NCBI RefSeq assembly: GCF_009834535.1
Contig: NC_045696.1
Coordinates: forward strand, 22,880,001 to 22,944,000
From: Camelus ferus
Taxonomy: Eukaryota
Reading direction: 5' to 3'
Length of the DNA: 64,000 bases
In this document: in pieces, positions 11,830 through 26,530 of the stretch
How positions within the stretch are numbered: the first letter of the stretch is position 1
How the letters are laid out: the number at the start of each line of letters is the position of its first letter
The notes under the pieces: model-generated
The model's input: only the letters and a program-made list of their open reading frames with translations
The model's database searches: none
What the model was told of the DNA's origin: nothing
Translations under genes and position numbers: made by a program

Positions 11830-14760
11830 AACTTTTGAAAATAAATACCAAAAATTGAAAAGAAGTTAAAGCATATAGCTAACTTTCTCAGAAAATGAAA
11901 AAAATGTATACAACTCATACTAAGAAATAGAACATCATGATCTTCCCAGAACCTCCCCATTATGTCCTTCCAGTCACTGTTCAAAGATAACTATTATTTT
12001 TACTACAAATACCATGAATTAATTTTGCTTGATTTGGATTCTGTAAAATTAAATGACATAATTTGGATCATTTTTGTCTGCCCTCCTTTATTCAAAGTTA
12101 TGTTCATGAAATTCATCCATGATGATGCATGAGTTTGTGCATTTTCATTGATGTAGAGTATTCCATTGTACAAAAATAGCACACTTTAATTTAGGCATTC
12201 CAATGATGGTGAACAATTGGGTTGTTTTAATATTTGACTGTTACTTATCTTTTGATGTAGCCATATGCAGTTATTTTTGTTGGGTAGAAGTTTTGTACAA
12301 ATATGCTTAATTTGAGTAGACAGTGCCAGTTTTCTGAAGTGATTGTATCCATTTAAATTCCTAATATCAATTTGTTAGAGATCAAGTTTGTCCACATCCT
12401 TGTCAATACTTACTGTCATCATTCTTTTGCATTTTTGTTTTTCTTCAAAAATTTAGTAGAGTTGCTTGTTGAAGGTATCTGGATATTTCTCTATGGGAAA
12501 GTTTTTGAGATCTGTAGGAAAAGACTTAAGATTTTTCATTCTCTCTCTGCCCATTGGCTCATTTTGTAATTTAAGGAATGTATCACTTCATCTAAAATTG
12601 TCAAATTTATTGGCTTAAACTTGCCTCAAATATGTTTTTTTTGTTTTTTAAGGCTCTAGGATCTATAATGATTGTCCTTTTCCATTCCTGATATTAGAAA
12701 TTTCTGCTTTTTGTTTTTATCCTTGATTCATCTTGCAAGGTTTTGTTTATTTTGTCAAAAACCAAACTTCTAGCTTTGTGGTCCTCCCCCCGCCCCTCAC
12801 CTCCCATTGGTTTCTGCTCTTGTGTCTATTATTCCTTCCTTCCTAGACTACGGACTTCCTCAGGTGTTTCATTTTATTTAGATTTCATTTGTTAGTTGGA
12901 TGCTTAGATTACAGGTCTTTACGCTTTTATGGTTGGCTAATGTAAGAATTTAAGGCAATAAACTTTTCAGTTAAGGACGGTATTCAGTACATCCTGCGTG
13001 TTTTGATATGTAGTATTTTCATTGTCATTCAACTCAAAATATGTTCTGATTTCAACTGTGATTTCCTTTGGCCCATGGACTATTTAGAAATGTATTGTAT
13101 AATTTCCAAACAGCGTGGAAATATTCTAGTTATCTTTCCTTCTCGTTTCTCTGTAATTTTCACTGTGATCAGAAAACATGCTCCATAAGATTTCTGTCCT
13201 TTCAAGTGTTTAAATAAGTTTTACGACCCTGCACATAGTCAAACGCTTCTTTATCCGTTTATGAGAGAAGGATTTTGAAATCTCTCATTTTGATTGTAGA
13301 TTTGTTTTTTTTTCTCCTTTTAGTTTTATTTTTGCTCAATATATTTTGAATTTTTCTTATTACAAATTTAGAAGTGCTGAATATGTTTGGTGGGCTTTAC
13401 CTTCGATCATTATCAAATACCCTTGTTAGCATTAGTTAGGCTTCTAGAATTAAAGTCTTGTTTGTTAGTATAGCTATGGCAGCTTTCTTTGGTGCTGTTC
13501 AGGAGTACAGCGTTTTCTATTCTTTTATTTTCAACCCTTTTGTATACTTATATTTCAGTGATATTTGTTGCAAGATACACACATTTGGGTGTTTTTCCCC
13601 CATAAAAATCTTCGATTTTAATTGGAATACATATTCCATTTAAACATAATTGTAATGATTTGGTTTAAATATACAAGTATATACAAATACACTATTTATA
13701 GTTTAATTTGAGTTACTATGCCTATGGTTGCATTTTGTTGGATCAGTAGATTTTTTTGTCATTCTGTTTCCCAATGTCTATCAGCCTTTTTGTTATTCTT
13801 TTAGTTATCCTAGAGATTGCAAAATAATTTTTTAAAATTAAGATCTAATATAAATTCTAAGATACTTGTAGGGAAATGAAAAGACCTTAAGTCTTTAATT
13901 CTATTTATTCCTCCCTAATAATGTGCTATTGTAATCTTATATTTTGATACTCTATGTACTTTATACCCCCAAAGCCATCACTATTGCTAATTTATACTAA
14001 ATTTTCATTTACATTTATCCACAGATTTAAACTTCCTATCGTTCTTCACTCTTTCTTCTATTTCAGGCTGCCATCAGATGTCCTTTCCAAGGGTCTAAAA
14101 GACTACATTAGTCTTCTAGTGACAAATTCTCTCAGGTTTTGTCTCACAATATCTTTGTTTTATTTTACTTTTGGAAGAAAATTTCATTGAATCCAGGACC
14201 TTTGGTCATTAGTTACGTTCTTTCAACCTAAGCATGACGTTCCCTTATCTGTTGAATTTCATCGTCTCCACCGAGAAGTCAGTTCTGTTCTATGTTTGTT
14301 GGTTGTTGGGATTTTGCTCCTTTGAAGTTAAGGTGTCTTTTTCTTTTGGCCGGCTTTTGAGATTCTCACTTTGTCTTTGGTTTACAGCAGTTGAAATCTG
14401 ATGTACCAGAAGTTTTTTTTATATGCATCCTGCTTGAATTTTCTAATTATTGTTGATCTTGTGTTATATCTTTTATAAGTTGGGAAAATTCTTAGCATAA
14501 TTCAATAAATAGTGTTTCTATATCTCACTCTTCATTTTCTCTTTCTGAAAATCCAATTACACACGTGTAAAACCTTTGTTCTGTGCCCCACTGGCCAATT
14601 ATGCTCTTTTTTTCTGTGTTTTGTAGACTTTTTTTTAACCTCTTGTGTCAGTTCATACATTTTCTTCTTAGCTATATAAGCTCACAACATCAGCTAAGCC
14701 TCTAATCACAGTCTTGTGTATGTCCGTATGTCCTGTGGTGCATGTATGACTCAGTTTATA
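11830..14760 (-). mobile_element. Highly decayed ancient L1 (L1ME-like), multiple fragments
   Basis: T-rich antisense L1 composition and motifs (ttcatccatgatgatgcatg...gtagagtattccattgta; gacaaattctctcaggttttgtct). Confidence 0.65.
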
Positions 14761-14770
14761 CAGGGATATA

Positions 14771-15110
14771 CAGGCATGCTTCATTATATTGTGCTTTGCT
14801 TTATTGCCCTTCACAGATACTGCATTTTTTACAAATTGAAGGTTTGTGGCAATTCTGCACTGAGCAAGTCTACTTGCATCATTTTTCCAACCGCATTTGC
14901 TCACTTTGTGTCTGTGTCATGTTTTGGTAATTCTCCAAATATTTCGAACTTCTTCACAATCATTACGTTTGTTATGGTGATCTGTGATCAGTGAGCTTTG
15001 CTGTTACTATTGCAAAAAAATTTGGACTCCCTAAAGGCTCAGATGATGGTTCGCAATCTTTAACAATAAAGTATTTTTTGATTAAAATATGTACATTGTT
15101 TTTATATACA
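14771..15110 (+). mobile_element. Tigger1 internal-deletion derivative (Tigger1a_Art-like)
   Basis: Begins caggcatgcttcattatattgtgctttgctttattgcccttcacagatactgc (Tigger1 5' TIR region), then jumps to the 3' part aaggctcagatgatgg. Confidence 0.8.
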
Positions 15111-15360
15111 CTGAGTCTTAGAACTTTGTGAAAATTCCTTAGGGACTGTGTTTGGAGCATATTCTCTTTGAAGGGTTTGCTTTTGCTTCAGCCAGTTGAC
15201 TAGAGGCACGATCCAGGACCATGTCCAACTAAATTTCCAAAATGAGTCTCTCAAGTTGCCCATATGTGCTTGAATACAAGTTTGTGGTTATAATTCTCAG
15301 GTGACCTTTTTTTTCCCCTACATGATGCAAAACCAATTCCAAGACAGATAAGCTAAGAGA

Positions 15361-15396
<36 letters not shown>
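15361..15396. repeat. (GT)n microsatellite
   Basis: Visible directly. Confidence 0.95.
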
Positions 15397-15398
<2 letters not shown>

Positions 15399-16884
15399 AC
15401 CTACCTGAGTCCCGTGTTGGCCAGCATCTCTGGTTTGAAGTCCCACATTGACTGAGGCCCCGACTTAGTCTCTTGTGCCTTGCATTCAATGTCTCATTCA
15501 AATCTAAGCTTTAGATTATAGGGACCAGGAGATAACTTTAGTGTTAGAATCAGCTTTAGAAAGTTCCTGGCCTTGTGATACCGTATTTTTTCCTAGTTTA
15601 TGTCCTCAGATTGTTCCGTTTAGCTTATACTAGCTAAACAGTTCTCTTTGAAAAGCTTTTTAAAATTCTTTTTATCAGCCTATTTAGATGCTCTGAACTT
15701 GGAGAGTTCTCTTCACTCATCTGGTCCATCATATTACCTGATGATTATTTTTATTAGTATAAACATTTACAATTAAAACTTATTAATATAAGTCATCCTA
15801 AGACAATCTGTTCTTTCTCATATAAAAGTTGCTTTGATAAATTCTTTAGTTAGCAAATATTAGTCTTAGCTTTCAAATAGTAGTTGAAATTTAGATAAGA
15901 TGTCCTAATCAAAAAGGTGCAGAACTTCAAGGGAAAAAAAAAGGAATAGCTAATTTCTTTTAAAATCCTTCTATTCCTATGAAGAGTAACTTAGGTATCA
16001 TATAGTATTAAATGTATTTCAGAATCTAACAATCAAAATTTCAGAATGATATCTAAAGTAACATTTTATCTATTCAGCAGATAACCTAGCTTACAGGTAC
16101 CAGCCTAATTTTGGCACTTAACTGTGAAATTACTTGCATTATTGGCATCCAAGGCTTAAAACTTTTTAGTGAAATGTGAAATCTTGCTAACTGCTAACAA
16201 ATAGGAAAACTCAATTATTTCCTTTATAATGGGAATCACTGGATAAATGTTTGTTACAAATGTATATACTACACACACAATAAGTACTACTGTAAATTTT
16301 TTAGGGAAAGAAGGAGTATACTTTTCCTTATCTATTAATATATCTTTGTATTCACAAAACAGTGAAGACACACGATATGCAAATACTTGCTATATTGAAA
16401 GCAAACTACAAAAATAGTTACTATGACTAAAAATAGAGCATCTACTGACGACCTTATGGGATTGTTATTAGACTCAAGAGAGTTAATGCACATGAAAATG
16501 CATAAGATGCTCTCACTAAAAATATCATCATTATCAGTAGTAATAGCGTGATTTATGTCACCTTAGTAAAAGAGGTGCATCCTTCAATGCTACCTCACGG
16601 AAGGTAGTCAAAGACTGTTAAACATGAAGCTTAATCTAAGTTACTCTTAAGATCAGATATTACACAAAACAGTTGTGGTTTCAACTAAAGAAATACTTGA
16701 GTGAATACTTCTCAAGAAAACACAGCAATTTAAGAAAAGAAAAGATATTTAAACACTCTATCAAGCTATTTTATATGATATATGTCATTTCGTTTGCACA
16801 ATTTCAATATGTAAGTAAAATTCAGTTTAAAATTGAATTATGCATACTACCTCAGCTTGGTAATCGAGGTTAAGCTCAAGAGTG

Positions 16885-17408
16885 ATGCATCATGTTGGTG
16901 GCACATAATCTTGATACAATTTGTTAAGATTGGCATGTTATGATCTGTGTAGTCTTCCTTCCCAAATTCACTACCTCAGTCTAATAATGAGAAAAACATC
17001 AGAAAAATTCCAGTTGAGGGACATTCTACAAAATACCTGATCAGAACTTCTTAAAACCTTCAAAAACAAAGAATATCTGAGAAATTGTTGCAACCTAAGA
17101 AGATATGATGACTTAGTGTAATATGGTACCCTACATGGGATCCTGGAATAAAAAAAAAGACATTAGGAAAAAACTAAGGAAATATGAATAAAATATGGGC
17201 TTTTGTTAGTAATAATAATAATAATAATGTATTAATATTGGTTCATAAGATGTGATAATGTATTATACTTATATATTAATCATGTAACATAATAAAGTAA
17301 TTAATGAATAATAGGGAAAAAAAAGTTGGCATATACTGAAACTCTCTGTATTATCTTTCCAACGTTTTTGTAAATCTAAAGCTATTCTAAAGTAAACTTA
17401 AAAAAAAT
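16885..17408 (+). mobile_element. L1MC/L1MD-like 3' end
   Basis: gagaaaaacatcagaaaaattccagttgagggacattctacaaaatacctga...actctctgtattatctttccaacgtttttgtaaatctaaa. Confidence 0.75.
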
Positions 17409-18292
17409 TAATTGCCTAGTAGCAGGAAGTTTCTTTTAAATTTTGCAAATAACCAGCTTGGTTGATTTTTATTTCTGTCCAAGGGAGAAATGATCGATTC
17501 GTTCTTACTTTCTAATTTGGGAGTTATTGAATAATTTGGATGTGTGGCTAAGTTTAAATAGCTCCTGGTCTTTTAGGGTAACCTTGATTCACGCACTAAT
17601 TTTAGCTATTGAGGAAACTCCATGTGTCTGCTGGAGTGTTTTTCTTTCCCCCAGACTCAGAGTTATATAGATTTAGCTCCATTTGAGGAACTCCAGATTA
17701 AGACACATCAAACCGAAGCAGAACACTTTGACCTGATTCTGTCAGCCCAGCCTCAACTGTATCTTCGCTCTTGCTCTCCCAACAGAAAAGTCTGCAGTTT
17801 CCAGGCAGTTCTAAGGCACCACTAATCTCTTTGCAACTCTACAAAAGCATTGCTTCTGTTGTATCATGGCCTTTAAGCCTTCTCTCTCCCAAAGTTCCAG
17901 TCCTCAGCATCAACCAGGTAGGTTATTATTCTGGCTTGATGTAGTTCCAGACTGTATCATGCACATACTAGAAAACCTCAATATGTCTAAATTTATAACC
18001 AGTGCCAGGATTAGAAAATGAAACTACAAAACATGAATTTAAAGTCAGATTGTTTCAAATTATATTCTGAAAAGATACTGCATTCAGATCTAAAAATATG
18101 AGATGTTCTTTCACTTCTTGCATTAATTTGAAAGAGTAAAATATTTTTTTCAAGAGAGTTCCTTCTGCAAACTGCTTGGAAGCCTTTTGCTCTGACAACT
18201 TTTTTATGTGCTGATGGCTCTCAATATTCCTCCAGAAAATGCATTTTGTGTTGTAATTATGTTCACTAAAGGAGGAACTTATTAAAGTATCA

Positions 18293-18476
18293 GCACAAGT
18301 TTTCTCCACTTTGGCATTGGATAATCCTTTGTTTTGGGGTGGGGGGGTGCCCTGTGCAGGACAGTTAGCAGCATCCCTGACCTCTACCCGCAAGATGCCA
18401 GCAGCAACCACTCTCCAATTGTGACAACCAAAAGTGTCTCCAGACATTTCAAATCATCTCCAGTTGAGAACCACTG
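18293..18476 (-). mobile_element. MER20 (hAT-Charlie)
   Basis: Reverse complement cagtggttctcaac...atgtctggagacacttttggttgtcacaa...gggatgctgctaa matches MER20. Confidence 0.85.
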
Positions 18477-18864
18477 ATCCTTTGCAATGATCAGAATTCA
18501 ATTTTATTTGAACTGTTGAAATATTTTAATTGATCTGGCTGTGAGAATCAATATATTCCACTCCCAGCATGCAGGAAAGGCACCTAACTCATTCCCTTTG
18601 CTAGATGAACACTCTTTGTATCTTGCTGTGCGGTGCCAGTTGCAGCATTGCTATGGATTGAGTGGAGCCTGAATGCAGCAGTCTGATTGGAAGGAGGTTT
18701 ACGGAAATTGTATGGATGCTTCCTTTGAATTGCCAGCACGCTTTTTCCCTATAGAGATATTTATTATCAGAAGCTATGGGAGTTGGAGTTTAACCTCCCC
18801 TTTGACAATAAACCTCGTCATCAACCACTTTCATTCTCACTCCCCAAGAGCTGCCCTTCGGCTC

Positions 18865-19066
18865 AGCTCTGGCAAACTGTCAGTGCTTCAGGGCAGGAGT
18901 TGTTAACACTTCAGTGCAGGTGCACAGCCACGCCCATTATTCTACCTATGATTTGTGACTGCCTTCCTGCTCCAACAGCAGATTTCTGTAGTTGTGAAGA
19001 GGATGGCTCACAAAGCCTGAACTATTTACTATCTCTCCCTTTACAGAAACAAATTGACAATTCCTG
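18865..19066 (+). mobile_element. MER58-like hAT fragment
   Basis: cacagccacgcccattattc...caaagcctgaactatttactatctctccctttacagaaa. Confidence 0.65.
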
Positions 19067-19859
19067 TTTTAAAATCCTAAGATGGGCAAGTAATTTAAAC
19101 TGCCCAGCCTCAATGCTTTGTTCCACACATTGCTTCAGTCTAGCTGTAACAGTTAACAGCCACATTTGTAAAAGTATGTGATTGTCTATAGTTCATGCCA
19201 TGGGCAGGATTAATTTAGACACAATCCTCATCCTCATGGAATAAGCAGCTTGCCACTTCACATTCAGAAACAATTTTTACACTCTTGCTTATTCTGTTTT
19301 GTCCATAAGCTCTGCAGATCCAGTACCTTTTACCTTCTGTTGTAGGTGTTCTTCCTTGAGATCTTTCCTGTCATTTGTGGGAGTGTAGTGGCAGACTGAG
19401 GTCACCTAAAAGACTGTTTACTGTCATTTACCTTTTACTTAGGGTTGGGTTATGGGGAAAAGCAGATGACCTTGATGTAGGAAAGAGTATCTAAAACATT
19501 CTTCTTCCTTCTCCGAATCAGTGGTCACACTTAAACTTTTTGGCATTGCTTTGTTTTTGTTGTTTAAAAGAGAGGAGACAATTCTGATAAAGTTTGTCTA
19601 GTTAGTCCGTATACTTGTCATTTTGTTTGTTTTCTGTATTAATCATGGTTCTGGGATGGTTTTCCTAGTGAGACGGGGGAAGGGAGCAAAGCACAAAAAT
19701 TAAAAGAATGACACAGCAATTGAGGGTAGGACATGAACTAGTTAGAACCAACTTGGCCCAAGATGGCAGAAAATTTGACTTCCAGTCGACCTTGAGCTTC
19801 ATTATAGGCTCACTGTAATACATCATCAGGCTAAATGACACATCCAAAGGCACCATGTC

Positions 19860-20587
19860 AGTTCCCAGGTGTCCTACAGTTCAACTCAATTCAGCGCATT
19901 CTCTATGTGGAGATAGCATCAGATTCCAAACTTTAAAGGCTCAGTCCTACAAGACTGCCTCCCACTTCAGGTGCCAATCACAAACCCAGGTTGTCTTCTG
20001 TGCTTCTGACCAACTGACCATATATTGCAGGTTCCAACAACCCCTTCTCTGGGTTTGATTAATTTGTTAGAGCAACTCACAGAACTCAGAGAAACACTTT
20101 ACCTACTAGATTATTGGTTTATTATAAGAAGGATATAACTCAGGAACAGCCAGAAGAAAGAAATCCAGTCTCTTGCAGAGAGCAAGATATGTGGGAATGG
20201 GTGCAGGAGCTTCCATGCCTTCTCTTGTGCCACTCTCCCTGCATCTCCAATTGTTCACCAACACCGAAACTCTCCAAACTCCTTTCTTTTGGGGTTTTAT
20301 GGAGGGTTCATTACATAGACATGATTGATTAAGTCACTGGCCATTGGCCATTTAATCTCTAGCCCCCTCCACCTGGAGTTCAAGTAGGACAGAAAGTTTC
20401 AATCCTCCATCACTTGGTTGGCTCCACTGGCAACCAGCATCCTTAGATGCTTCCCAGAAGTCATCCATTAACGTAAGAAAAGACACCTTTATGCTCTATA
20501 CTTAAGAAATTCCAAGGGTTTTAGGAGCTGTGTTCCAGAAATGGGGGTGAAGGTCAAATATATATCTTTTGTAAATCATAGTATCAC
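19860..20587 (-). mobile_element. MER21-family solo LTR
   Basis: Minus strand begins tgtgatactatgat...cacagctcctaaaacccttggaatttc, typical of MER21C. Confidence 0.75.
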
Positions 20588-21166
20588 AAACATCACACTC
20601 TTATCTTAGATTGACTTCATAGTTCACTAGCTAATTACTGAATTTTTCACCTCTTCCTCCTGATCACCATTCCCAGGCCTACCTCTGAGACTTTGTTCAC
20701 TCTGGTTTATCTCCTCTTTTCCTTCTGAAGTGTCCTCCATTCTGTCCCTCAAGCCCCAAGCCCTTCTCAAGCTCCCTCTTATATACAAAACTGCCAACTG
20801 AATCTAGATCTTCCTTCTTTAAATTAACATGCCCATTTTACAACCACTCCATTACTGCCTTTGGAAATCTGTTACTTTGCTCTCTTGTGCAGAGTTCTAA
20901 TTATTTGTGCATTATGACTTACCAGTAACTATACTGAAGGAGAGTGGTATCATTCTTTTGTGACTATTATAGCAAATGGTACAAACCTGTGTACAAGAAA
21001 TCTCTCTTTGGAAAGAGAGAGGGAGAAAGAAGGAGAGAAGTTTTGTTTCAGGATATCATAGTCATACATTCCCGGAAAGTTGGATTTCCCCATCACAGTT
21101 TCTAGTCAGTTTGTAACATAAAATGTAAAGGGTCTGTTCTAAATGACACTCTCTTCATTAGGTCTT

Positions 21167-21449
21167 TTGATGGGTTGAATTGTGGCTCCCCGAAAGATAT
21201 GTCCACTTAGAACCCCAGAATGTGGCCTAATTTGGAAAAAGGATTTTTGCAAATGTAAGTAGTTTCAGGAGCCCCCAGATTCCAGAAGCTAGAAGGAAAG
21301 CTTCTCCTCAAGGAGAGCCTTTCAGGATGAATGTAGCCTTGCTGACAACCTGATTTTGAACTTTGGGCCTCCAGAACTGTGAGAATAAATTTCTGTCATT
21401 TTAAGCCACAAACTTCATCTGTTATGTCAGGCTAGGGAAATTGATATAG
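21167..21449 (+). mobile_element. MaLR LTR (MLT1B/C-like)
   Basis: tgatgggttgaattgtggctcccc...ccagaactgtgagaataaatttctgtcattttaagccac. Confidence 0.8.
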
Positions 21450-21934
21450 ATTTTTTTTTCAAGTGGGTGACATATGGAGAAATCTAAGTCATTACTATAT
21501 TTTAGGAAAATGAAATGTTCGAGACCTCCTTTGAAAAAGTTAAGTCTATTGGACAGAAATAGAGGTGTTATAAAATCTTCCGTTTAATAACATAAAATTA
21601 AGTTAAAAATACGATTTGTTAAAATATCATTCCATAAAATATCACTCACCATTCTGGTATAATCTAGTGACCAAGAAGTCACTATCTTTGCCACATAGCA
21701 AAACATGGGTGTCCCATGACAGAATCTCCAGACATTAAAACAATAACTGGACACTGGAAAACAATCTTGGGAAACACCAGGAGCTTCACAAACACGCTTG
21801 CCCAGAGAAAAAGAATGAGAATGAAGAGGGGGAGGGCTTCTGTGTCATGATGAAAGAAAACATCCGATTTACTCTCTTACATTTAGCAAAGAAAGAACTA
21901 TACAAAATATATTAAAATACATTAAACTACTGCT

Positions 21935-22246
21935 TGGATGGAAGTGGCCAAAAGGTACAAACTTCTAGCCATAAGTATTAGGGATATGATGTATAACACG
22001 GTGACTGTAGTTAACATGGCTGTGTGGCGTATCTGACAGTTGTTAAGAGAGTAAATCCAAGAGTTCTCATCATAAGGGAAAAATATTTCTTTTCTTTTTT
22101 TATCTATATGATGTGTTGGATGTTAACTAAACTTATCATGGTACTTATTTGACTATATATGTATATATGTCAAATCATTATGTTGTGCACCTTAAACTTA
22201 TACAGGTAAGTATTTCAATTATAGCTCAGTAAAGCTGGGGGAAAAA
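21935..22246 (+). mobile_element. L1MA-like 3' end
   Basis: aaaaggtacaaacttctag...gtgactgtagttaac...gagagtaaatcc...ccttaaacttatac. Confidence 0.75.
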
Positions 22247-22339
22247 CACAGATAAGGTGACAGTAAATTAAAAAGTACTAAAGATACAATTAAAGAGAAA
22301 AAAAGAGTAAAATTGAAAAAAAAAAAACTCTACTGTTTC

Positions 22340-25300
22340 TGTATATTAGACAACCGCCAGTGCAGGACTGTAATCCTTGGAGACTAGAAACAAATGAGGT
22401 GACACTTGCAATTGCCCTAGATTTCTATCTGGAGTTACAGTCTAGAACCTGGAGTAGGGAGGATGGTTCTAGGTAAATCATGGCTGTCTTACTAATTTGA
22501 GAAGAAAGAGACTGGAATTCAAGAATTCTAAGAGGGATGGAAATAGTAAATTAGAGTTCCATTGAGGAGGGAATTATGCAGAAAAAGAACACTGGCAATC
22601 TTAGTAAGGTCCCTTGAGACTTAGCTGAATAATATGTATACACATGGATGAAATCCCATGACAACAGGCAAAAATTGACTGGAAGGATGGAGATCCTTTG
22701 GTTTGCTCCAGCCACCATGGAGAGTCCTCACTGATGACCCTTGAAATTCAACAGAGATGTCAAAAAATCACATATTATTAGGGAAGCTAAATTATACCTA
22801 GAGTAAAGGCTACTCCAGTCGTATACAAAGAAAAATAAAAAGAAACCTAAAACAGAGCAAGATAAACTGCAAGTAACTTAACTGTCTTCTAGAACAAAGG
22901 CCACCACTCTTTAAAGAACAATAACAATTACTAATCATCACCACTGTAAAATGTACACATCGAGCATCCTGTCAAAAATTACTATGCACGCTAAAAAAAA
23001 AGGAAAGGAGACATAGAACCAAGAGAAAAATTAGCAAAATGAAGCAGAACAAGAAATAACAGAAACGACAGAATAATAATTAGAAGAAAAATACTAAAAC
23101 ATCTATCATAATTTTGTTTGTTGTAATCATGTTTGTACACATAAGCTGTGTACAGAAAAACATAAATGTAGTGTGGAGACAAAGGAAGCATTTAAAAAGG
23201 AACAAAATGGAATTTCCAGAGATGTAAAATAGAACATCCAACATAAAAAATTCATAATATGGGATTAACAGCAGATTAGATACTGCAAAAGAAAAGCTAG
23301 AGAACTTTCAAAGAGCATCAATAAATATTATCTAAAATGGCACACAGAGAGGAAGACAAGAGTGAAAAAAACTGAAATCCATTTCAGTGACATGGGACAC
23401 CAATAAGCAGTTGAGAACCTGTATAACTGAAGTCTCAGAAAAGGGTTGTAGCAGAGCAAATATTTGAAGCTATAATGAACAAGATTTCCAAATTAAGAAA
23501 AAACCATATACGATGCACAATGAATCTTGAGTAGGAAAACACAAAGGACAATCCACTGAGACAAAGTGGAAGACATATGTCAACAGTATCAGAAATGGAA
23601 AAGGGGACGTCGAAATTAATTCTACTGACGCTAAAAAGACAGTAAATGAATACTATGACCAGTTTTAAGCCCATACATTTAAAATAATAGATAAAAAGAA
23701 TAAATTCCTTTAAAGGTACAAATTACCTAACTGACTCAAAAAGAAATAGAAATAAAAAATCTGAATAGCCATACATCAATTAAAGAAATTGAAATTAAAA
23801 TTTTAAATGATCCCACAAAGAAATTTCCAGATTCAGATGACTTCACTGGTGAATTCTATCACAGATGTAAGGAAAAATAACACCAATCTTATGCAAATTC
23901 TTCTAGAAAATTATAATTCATTTTCTGAGATAACCTGATTCAAAATATTATAAGTATAGACAAATAATCCTCATGATTTTAGACATAAGAGTCCTGAGCA
24001 AATATTAGCACATTTAATCCAGTAAATCTTTTAAAAGGGAATATATAAACATATGGGGCTTTTCCAGGAATGCACAGTTAATTTAACTTCTTAATATCAA
24101 TCATTATAATTCATCAAATTAACAGACTAAAGGAGAAAAAACATTAGATATTTCACAAGATTTAGAAAAAGCATTTGACAAAATTCAACACCCATTTATG
24201 ATATAATATCTGAGTAAATTAGTGATAGAAGGAAACATTATCAATCTAATGAAGAATATCTATAAAAACCTACAGCTGACATCATACTGAAGAGTGACAG
24301 ATTGTTTTTTCCCTAACATTAGGAACAAGGAAAGAGCCTCCACAGTCAACATCCTTAATCAATGTTGTAGTAAAGTGCAATAAAGCAAAATAAAGAAATA
24401 AGGACACACAATGTGAAAGTAAGAAGTAAAACTTTTAATTAGCAAATAACATGATGATGTATGTAGACACTCCTAAGGACTCTACAAAAAAAAAGCTACT
24501 AGAATTAAGAAGTGAGTATAAAAAGACTGCACAAGATAAGATCAATATAAAAATCAATTGTATTGCTATGTACTGGTAATGAACAAAAGATAATTATTTT
24601 TTAAGTATTCACAATTGCATCCAAACAATGAAATACTTAGAATTTAACAAACTGCAAGACCTGTATACTGAAAACTATAAACATTGCTAAGGAATTAAAG
24701 AAGACCATTATGGGAAGTGATATGATGTTCATGGATTTGGGTATTCAATGTTAAAAGTTACCATTTCTCCCGAAACTGATCTCTAGATTCTATACAATCT
24801 CATTCAAAATCCCAGCAAGCTTTATTTTTGAGAAAATTTGACAACCTAATTCAAAACATTATAGGGAAATACCAAGGACCTAGAATAGCCAAAACAACTT
24901 GATAAAAGGACAAAACTGGAATACTTAGATGCCAAGATCCCCAAGAAATCTACAATAATCAAGACAATAGTATGGTGAAAAATTCACATACAGGTAAACG
25001 GAACAAAATACGTAGTTCAAAAGTAGAACCATGCATATGTGGTCGTTTGATTTTAAACATAATACTTCAGACAAAATAATTCAATGAGGAAAGGAGAGAG
25101 TTTTCAACAAGTGGTGCTGGAAAAATTGAAAGTATCTACAGATAGAAAAACAAACATCAACCTTCACTGCAAAATACACAGAAAAATTAACTCAAAATAA
25201 ATCACAGATGTAAAAATAAAAGCTAAAGTCATAGAATTCCTGGGATAAAAATTTAATATTTTTTGTCTTGACACAGAAATGTTTTCATAGATTACTCAAA

Positions 25301-25725
25301 AAGTAACAATAATAACAGAAAATAATGGATAAAAAGTACTTCATCAAATATAAAAACTGCTTTTCAATAAAGTGTTTAAAATTGAAAACACAAGCCACAA
25401 ACTGAGAAAAAGCATTTGCAACACATATATCTGATAAAGGAATTGTACTTAAATAAAGAACTCTTAAGACTCAATAACAGAAGTAAAACAACTCAGTTTT
25501 TAAAATAAGCAATTTATTGAAACATATTTCATAAAGGAAGATATACAAATGGCCTCTAAGTACATGAAAAGATGCTTAACATCATTAACATACCTAACAT
25601 GCATTAGGGAAATGCATATTAAAACCATAATGAGTACCATTATATTCCCATTCAAATGGCTACAATTAAGCTGACTGACACTTTCAAGTGTTTGTGGAGC
25701 TATGGAACCACTGGGACTCTGATAC
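22340..25725 (+). mobile_element. Ancient L1 (L1M/L1ME-like) with decayed ORF2
   Basis: A-rich sense L1; RT motif remnant KAFDKIQHPFMI encoded near 24168-24203; many stops and frameshifts. Confidence 0.85.
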
Positions 25726-25729
25726 GTTG

Positions 25730-26170
25730 TTGAGGAGTTGGCCATTGCTGTGATCTCCTGAGGCTCAGGGTCTCTCCTAAATTCACTTGGTTGTGGACAG
25801 AACTCAGTTCTTTGTGGTTGTAAGACTGAGGATGCAGCTTTCTTGCTGGCTGTCAACACAGGTCTGTTCTCAGCTCCTAGAGATTGCTCGGTGTTCTCTG
25901 CCATGAAGCCTGCTCTACAACATGGAAGTTCTCTCTCTAAAAAACCAATTGCAGAGTTTCTCTCATATTTCAAATATCTCTAACTTTTCCTAAAGGATCA
26001 TCTGCTTACAGCATACTCACCGAGGAAAAACACCCACTTACAGCAAACTTATTAGAGAGAAATCCCTTCACAATATCATCTGGATTAGAGTTTGATTGAA
26101 TAACTGAGAAAAAGCTGTGCATGCCAGAAGGCAAGACTCTTAGGGGCTAGCTTAGAATCCTGCCTACCAC
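25730..26170 (-). mobile_element. MaLR LTR (MLT1E/F-like) inserted in the L1
   Basis: cagaactcagttctttgtggttgtaagactgagg...ggggctagcttagaatcctgcctaccac. Confidence 0.7.
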
Positions 26171-26174
26171 GTCA

Positions 26175-26530
26175 AGAGCATGGATAAACTCCAGAAACAG
26201 TCTGTTGAATGAAATAAGCCAGATTTAAAGAGGATACATATATGATTCCACTTACTTGAATCTCTAGGAAAGACAACCATGATCCATGGTAATAAACAGC
26301 AGATCAATAGTTGCCTGGATCAGGGGTGGAAGACTACCTGGAAGGGAGCACAAGAAACCTTTCTGCGGTGAGGGATTATCATGTACCTTTGTATTGCTAC
26401 TGGTTACACAGGTCTGCAAATCTGTCAGAACTCATCAAACTAAATGTATATTCTGTATAAATATATATTCTATACAAAGTGTATGCCAACAAAGCTCATT
26501 TATATTCTCTATAATGTGTACCCCAATAAA
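26175..26530 (+). mobile_element. L1ME-like 3' end, continuation of the interrupted L1
   Basis: catggataaactcc...atatgattccacttacttgaa...agatcaatagttgcctgg...ccccaataaa. Confidence 0.7.

Noticed and set aside
18055..19181. 130-aa and 132-aa ORFs
   Set aside because: Largely derived from MER20 and MER58 sequence
25500..25973. Longest ORF in the track (157 aa, minus strand)
   Set aside because: Spans an MLT1 LTR and antisense L1 ORF2; a chance frame in repeats
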